From: Thermodesulfobacteriota bacterium
Lineage (GTDB): Bacteria > Desulfobacterota > Desulfarculia > JACQYL01
Length of the DNA stretch: 64,000 bases
Assembly: GCA_963675595.2 (NCBI GenBank)
Contig: CAXXLZ010000002.1
Location: forward strand, 1,728,001-1,792,000
Direction of reading: 5' to 3'
Below are positions 58,750 through 64,000 of this stretch, piece by piece. Numbering within the stretch: position 1 is the stretch's first letter; every line of letters starts with the position of its first letter. The translations under genes and the position numbers were made by a program. The notes beneath the pieces are model-generated. The model was not told the origin of the DNA. It ran no database searches and was given only the letters and a program-made list of their open reading frames with translations.

Positions 58750-61700
58750 TCAGACGGAGTGTCCCGGTGTTGGGACCGGCTCCGCCGAAACGTCCCCCGC
58801 ACGTTCAGAAGCGGTTTCGCGGGCGCGAGCCCGAGCATGGTCGCGAGCCACGAGCATGTAAATTGAAGGAATCACAAACAGGGTGAATACCGTGCCCACG
58901 GCCATGCCCCCCACCAGGACCAGACCGATGGAATTCCGGGCGGCCGCGCCGGGGCCGCTCACCAGCGTCAGGGGAAAGTGACCCGCAATGGTGGCACCCG
59001 AGGTCATGAGGATCGGGCGCAGCCTGGTTAAAGCGGCCTCACGCACGGCCTCCAGTTTGGTAAGACCTTGTTCCTGAAGTTTGTTGGCAAACTCCACGAT
59101 GAGTATGCCGTTCTTGGAAACCAGCCCCACCAGGGTCACCAGGCCCACCTGTGAATAGATGTTCAGGGTGGTGGTCCAACCGTGCGTCCAGAAGGGCACG
59201 TTGGGGTCCGGCATTTTGAGGAACGTGAAAAGCAGCGCCCCGAACATGGCCAATGGGACCGAGCCCGCGAGAATCACGAAGGGGTCGCGGAAGCTGTTGA
59301 ATTGCGCCGCAAGCACGAGGAAAATCAACACCACCGCCAGGGTGAAGGCCGGAAGGAACTTGTTTCCTTCCGTGCGCAACTGGCGGGACTCACCCGTGTA
59401 ATCAATCACGTACCCTTTGGGCAGGATTTCGGCGGCCCGGGCCTCCAGGAAGCCGAGGGCCTCGTCAAGAGGACGAACGGCCACGCCGCTGATCTTCACC
59501 GCGTTGAGTTGTTGAAATCGATTCAATGAACGGGGCACGGTGGAGTCTTCGATGGTCGCCACCGTGTCGAGGGGCACCAACCGGCCGCCGCCCCCCGTAA
59601 CGTAGATATTGGCCAACTGATCGGGATTGAGACGATTCTCCCGTTTGATCTGCGGAATCACTTTGTAGCTTCGTCCCGCGATATCGAACCGGTTCACGTA
59701 ATTCCCGCCCAGCATGGAGGCCATGTCCGCCCCCACCTGCTCCAGGCTGAGCCCCAAAGCCGCCGTTTTATCCCGATCGATGACGATTTCGGATTGAGGC
59801 TGGTCAATCTTGACGTCGATGAGCGGAGGAAAGGCGAACATGCCGCTTTGCATGGCCTGGAGCTGAATCTTTTGGGCGAATTCCAGAATTTGCGAACTTG
59901 GGGTGGTGGAAGCCAGCACGAACTCCACCGGAAAATCGCCTCCCCCGGGCAAAGCGGGGGGCGTCACTGCGTACATCCGGATTCCGGGAATGGCGGACAA
60001 CTTCTGCTGCACCTCGGGCAGAATCTTGAAAATGTGTCGCTTGCGTTCATCCCACGCCTTCACCACCATGCCGGCATACCCGGACGTGGGAAGGGTAACT
60101 TGAAAAGTGAAATCCGTCTCCGGAATGCTCATGTACGCCTGATTGGCCGCCTCGGTAAACCGGGCGGTCTGATCCAACGTGGCGTCGGCCGAAGCGTCCA
60201 CCAAGCTGAAGATCACGCCTTCGTCTTCGGTGGGAGCCAGTTCCGCCGGAGACATCATGAACATGGGGATCACCAACAGACTCACCCCGACCCACACCAC
60301 GTAAACCGCCGGACGCCATCGCAACGTGGCGTCAAGCTTCCGCCCATAGGCGGATCTGACTCGGTGAAAAACCCGCGAAATGCGTCCCGCCAGTCCATGC
60401 TCTTCGATGCCCGGCTTGAGCAACTTACTGGACATCATGGGAGACAGCGTCAGAGCCACCACTCCGGAGATGGTCACCGCGCCGGCCAGAGTAAATGCGA
60501 ATTCGCGGAAAAGTGAGCCCGTAAGCCCTCCCTGGAAGCCGATGGGCGCATACACCGCGGCCAACGTCACCGTCATGGCGATAATGGGCCCGACCAGTTC
60601 CCTCGCCCCGACGATCGCCGCCTCCATGGGCCGCTTCCCCTCGCTCAAGTGGCGTTGCACGTTTTCCACCACCACGATGGCATCGTCCACGACGAGCCCC
60701 ACCGAAAGCACAATGGCCAGCAAAGTCAGCAAGTTGACCGTGAATCCGAGCACCTGCATGAGGAATACGGCCCCGATGAGCGATAGGGGAATGGCCACCA
60801 CCGGGATGATCACGGAACGGACGGAACCGAGAAACAGAAAAATGATGACCATTACGATGAGCAGGGTATCGATCAACGTTTTGATCACCTCATGAATGGC
60901 GCTCCGAATGTAGTCCGTGGCATCATAAGCGATCCGGGCGTCAAGACCGGAGGGCAGCCCCTCCCGGATACCTTCCATCTCTTGTCCGACGCGCTTGATC
61001 ACGTCCAGGGAGTTGGCGGTGGGCAGCGGCCAGATGCCCATGAACACGGCGGTTTGCCCAGAAAACCGCACGTCGCTTTCGTAATCTTCCGCACCCAGAA
61101 CCACGTCCGCGATGTCCTCCAGACGAACGATGGCCCCGTCCTCTTCCCGTACCGCGAGGTTCTTGAATTCTCTCACCGACCGCAGATCCGTGTTGGCGGT
61201 CAGATTCACCTGAACCAGGGACCCTTTGGTACTGCCCACCGCCGCGAGGAAATTGTTGGCGGCCAAAGCCCTCCTCACCTGTTCCGGGCTGATGTTGAGG
61301 GCCGCCATGCGATCGGGTTTGAGCCAGATACGCATGGCGAAGTTTCGAGCACCCAGAATATCGGCACGTTGAACCCCGGAAATGGCCGACAGTCGGGGCT
61401 GCACCACCCGAACGAGGTAGTCGGTGATTTCGTTTTGCTCGAGCAGGTCCGAGGTAAAACTGAGATAAGCGGAAGCGAACTGGCTGTCCGCGGATTCCAC
61501 ATCGATGGTGGGAACCTCCGCCTCCGGAGGAAGATCTCCCCTGACCTGATCCACTTTTGCGCTGATCTCGGACAGGGCTTTGATGGGATCGTAATTGAGT
61601 TTCAGCCGGGCCTCAATGGTGGAAAGCCCTTGAGCGCTCTCCGATGAGAGGTAGTCAATGCCGTCCGCCGCCGCAATGGCCCGCTCCAGGGGCGTAGTAA

Positions 61701-61887
61701 CGAAACCCAGCACAAGATCGGCGCTTGCGCCCACGTACACGGTCTTGATGGTGACCACCGAGTTCTCGTTGCGAGGATACTGACGCACATTGAGTGTACG
61801 GACGGCCTGCAAACCGGTCACCACGATCACCAGACTCACGACCAGGGAAAGCACCGGACGACGGATGAAGATGTCGGTAAATTTCAT
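58750..61887 (-). CDS. RND efflux transporter permease (MexW/MexI-like HAE1)
   Basis: FIRRPV, RIWL.P, GLVVDDAIVVVEN, SKNGILIVEFA, RLRPILMT; about 1045 aa. Confidence 0.95.
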   Translation of the reverse strand: MKFTDIFIRRPVLSLVVSLVIVVTGLQAVRTLNVRQYPRNENSVVTIKTVYVGASADLVLGFVTTPLERAIAAADGIDYLSSESAQGLSTIEARLKLNYDPIKALSEISAKVDQVRGDLPPEAEVPTIDVESADSQFASAYLSFTSDLLEQNEITDYLVRVVQPRLSAISGVQRADILGARNFAMRIWLKPDRMAALNISPEQVRRALAANNFLAAVGSTKGSLVQVNLTANTDLRSVREFKNLAVREEDGAIVRLEDIADVVLGAEDYESDVRFSGQTAVFMGIWPLPTANSLDVIKRVGQEMEGIREGLPSGLDARIAYDATDYIRSAIHEVIKTLIDTLLIVMVIIFLFLGSVRSVIIPVVAIPLSLIGAVFLMQVLGFTVNLLTLLAIVLSVGLVVDDAIVVVENVQRHLSEGKRPMEAAIVGARELVGPIIAMTVTLAAVYAPIGFQGGLTGSLFREFAFTLAGAVTISGVVALTLSPMMSSKLLKPGIEEHGLAGRISRVFHRVRSAYGRKLDATLRWRPAVYVVWVGVSLLVIPMFMMSPAELAPTEDEGVIFSLVDASADATLDQTARFTEAANQAYMSIPETDFTFQVTLPTSGYAGMVVKAWDERKRHIFKILPEVQQKLSAIPGIRMYAVTPPALPGGGDFPVEFVLASTTPSSQILEFAQKIQLQAMQSGMFAFPPLIDVKIDQPQSEIVIDRDKTAALGLSLEQVGADMASMLGGNYVNRFDIAGRSYKVIPQIKRENRLNPDQLANIYVTGGGGRLVPLDTVATIEDSTVPRSLNRFQQLNAVKISGVAVRPLDEALGFLEARAAEILPKGYVIDYTGESRQLRTEGNKFLPAFTLAVVLIFLVLAAQFNSFRDPFVILAGSVPLAMFGALLFTFLKMPDPNVPFWTHGWTTTLNIYSQVGLVTLVGLVSKNGILIVEFANKLQEQGLTKLEAVREAALTRLRPILMTSGATIAGHFPLTLVSGPGAAARNSIGLVLVGGMAVGTVFTLFVIPSIYMLVARDHARARARETASERAGDVSAEPVPTPGHSV

Positions 61888-62076
61888 AATCCGCAATCAC
61901 ATTGACTGGTTTTGGAAAGATGCCGCCAAGTCGGCACAGGTTTCGACATCGGCTTCAAGGCTCCGGCCTCCCCGGAACGGAGGAGTCCGCTCGATTCTTT
62001 TCGACTGATGAAATAATCCTCTTGGGAGGAAGGGTTCTCACACGACCGGACGGCCGAAAGGTTCCCTTTCGTCGCA

Positions 62077-63207
62077 TCAAGTGTCGGGGGGCTTGGGCGC
62101 GACTTGGAACTCGGGCGACAAGGCATTGTCCACGGTCACCGCCTGGCCGTTGCGTAGTTTGAAAACACCGGTGCTGACCACGCTTTCCCCGCCTTCAAGT
62201 CCGCTCGTGGCGACCACGAAGTCGCCGCGCCTTTCCCCAAGTCTCACGAACTGCTGACGCACGACCTTGCCCGAAGATTTGCCGGATTCATCCTTGGAGT
62301 CTTCCACAACAAAGACCGAATCTCCGTATGGGGCGTAGAGCACCGACGTGGCTGGGATCGGAAGCACTTCGTCGCGTGTGGGCAACACCAGCGCCACGTT
62401 CACGAACATCCCCGGGCGAAGATGCTCCGCGGGGTTGGGCAGGGTGGCCTGCACACGGATGTTGCGCGTCGACGCATCCACCTGCGGATTAATTGCCGTG
62501 ATCTTCCCCTCCACCGTTTCTCCGGGCAAAGCGTCCGTGGTCACCCGAACGGAAAGCCCCCGTTGAATCCGGGACAACTGTTGTTGCGGCAGGAGAAAAT
62601 CCACGAAAACAGGGTCCAGGGATTGAAGCGACACAATGGGGTCCCCCGCGTCGAGCATCTGGCCCAGATTGACAAGCCGGATTCCCAGACGTCCGTCGAA
62701 GGGCGCTCGAATGGTCTTCTTGGCAATAAGCGCGCGCACGGCGTCCGAACCGGCCACGGCCTCTTTATACTGTGCTTCGGCCTTGTCGAATTCGGACTGG
62801 GCGACCGTTCTTCTTTCCAGGAGCTTACTCACGCGGTCCAGGTTGAGTTTGGCCAGGGTCACGGCAGCCTCATTGGCCCGAAGGTCGGCCTCTTCAGAGG
62901 AAGTATCCTGCTGCAACAGAAGGTTTCCCTTGCGAACCTTGGCTCCCGGCTCAAACTCAAGGCGCGCAACCTTGCCGGGTAATTCCGCGGTCACGGTTAC
63001 CCCCTGCACCGGGGCCAGGGTCCCCACCGCGGTAAGGAGGGACTCCCACGACCGGGGTTGTACTTCGAACGTCGTCACCGTTTCCGGAGGAGGCGCGTAT
63101 TGGGCCCCCATGCTGATCATCCGTCCGATTTGAAGCCCTTTGACTCCGCCCAGTACCCCGACGACCAGGATAATTCCAATGATCGTGAAGGCGATTCGTA
63201 GCTTCAT
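62077..63207 (-). CDS. RND efflux periplasmic adaptor (MFP)
   Basis: N-terminal TM; IRAPFDG.LG, LRPGMF, GL..GE.VV..G..KL..G. Confidence 0.93.
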   Translation of the reverse strand: MKLRIAFTIIGIILVVGVLGGVKGLQIGRMISMGAQYAPPPETVTTFEVQPRSWESLLTAVGTLAPVQGVTVTAELPGKVARLEFEPGAKVRKGNLLLQQDTSSEEADLRANEAAVTLAKLNLDRVSKLLERRTVAQSEFDKAEAQYKEAVAGSDAVRALIAKKTIRAPFDGRLGIRLVNLGQMLDAGDPIVSLQSLDPVFVDFLLPQQQLSRIQRGLSVRVTTDALPGETVEGKITAINPQVDASTRNIRVQATLPNPAEHLRPGMFVNVALVLPTRDEVLPIPATSVLYAPYGDSVFVVEDSKDESGKSSGKVVRQQFVRLGERRGDFVVATSGLEGGESVVSTGVFKLRNGQAVTVDNALSPEFQVAPKPPDT

Positions 63208-63481
63208 AAGGTCTCGCTTTTCCGTTCATGTAGACGTGTTCAAGCCCGTGACCGCAGAGCCGCGCCGCGGATCAGACGTCGCGGATGATACCCCGTCGAA
63301 AATGCGCGACTCTGTCGGATCCGCTCTTTTTTGGGGAAAACCGGAAAAAGAACGGCGGGCCGCTGAGAAAAACCCATCACATGGGGGGAATTCCACCCCG
63401 GTGACAAGGGGAACGGCAAGCGTCTCCCACCGAGAGCGAGGAGACGGATATGGGAGGATACCAGATTTGAGGTTTTGATCA

Positions 63482-63508
63482 AGTCATTGAACGACAGTCA
63501 TTGAACGA
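63482..63508. repeat. 13-bp direct repeat upstream of the efflux operon
   Basis: AGTCATTGAACGA at 63482-63494 and 63496-63508. Confidence 0.7.
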
Positions 63509-63694
63509 AGTTAATAGTGAGACGCCACAGCATCGGAGCCTCGCAGGACAATTATTCCGTTTATACGGAATAATTGTCGAGCAAGACAAGAACATCTCCA
63601 CACACGACAGTACTTTCCACGCTTCCAACGACGCAAGGCAGGGCGGATCGTTCCAACCGGCTAAACGGGACCCCGGCCCGATCCCGGTGCGGCG

Positions 63695-64000
63695 CTATTC
63701 CACAACCGTATATTCGATCAGCGCGGATTGCAGGTATTCCCCTTGAGCCCCGCCTATGTCCCAACATTCGATCTGATAGGAGTAGTTCGCATTGTTCACG
63801 GTGTGCGCCTGCGTGACGGCCGAAGTAGACACATACGTATCCCCCGACCACAGTTCCGTGCAGTTGACGTTAGCCAGTGACAGCCATCCGCCGTTTCGGG
63901 AAAGCCCGTACAGCCCGCACCAGAAGTTGACTTCGGCGCCTCCCCCCTGAGTTTGATCATCCTTGTAATACACAGTGAAACGCTTCAAACCGGCCCCGTG
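63695..64000 (-). CDS. 3' end of a hypothetical protein truncated by the window edge
   Basis: Frame open to the window end; beta-rich ...HTVNNANYSYQIECW...ALIEYTVVE*. Confidence 0.55.
   Translation of the reverse strand, partial: HGAGLKRFTVYYKDDQTQGGGAEVNFWCGLYGLSRNGGWLSLANVNCTELWSGDTYVSTSAVTQAHTVNNANYSYQIECWDIGGAQGEYLQSALIEYTVVE

Overview
GC-rich (roughly 55-60%) bacterial chromosomal window. Gene content (hdrA-mvhD-metV-metF, CheX, CsrA/FliW, GGDEF/HD-GYP, a Rex-like box) points to an anaerobic Desulfobacterota (deltaproteobacterium). It carries housekeeping genes (htpX, sfsA, tkt, argS, alr, efp, ftsB), a nitrogen-control operon (amtB-glnK-glnD), a flagellar cluster (flgN-flgK-flgL-csrA-fliW plus LysM, GGDEF and glycosyltransferase genes), a Na+-decarboxylase beta subunit and an RND efflux pair. 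The most striking system is an IS110-family (IS1111-type) element at 50137-51688. Its ends, sub-terminal inverted repeats and circle-junction promoter can be read from the sequence. Its downstream ~200-nt structured RNA contains an 8-nt match to the reconstructed target and a 7-nt match to the reconstructed circle junction, as expected of a bridge/seekRNA. It is inserted 2 bp outside the terminal repeat of a ~150-bp MITE family that occurs at three loci in the window. Other oddities are a 1431-aa FlgL, a CarS-like/phosphoesterase fusion, an HdrA with several Fe-S ligand Cys replaced, an atypical kinase operon, an unannotated 57-aa Cys-rich gene and a large secreted HEXXH protein. All calls come from reading motifs by eye; no database searches were run.
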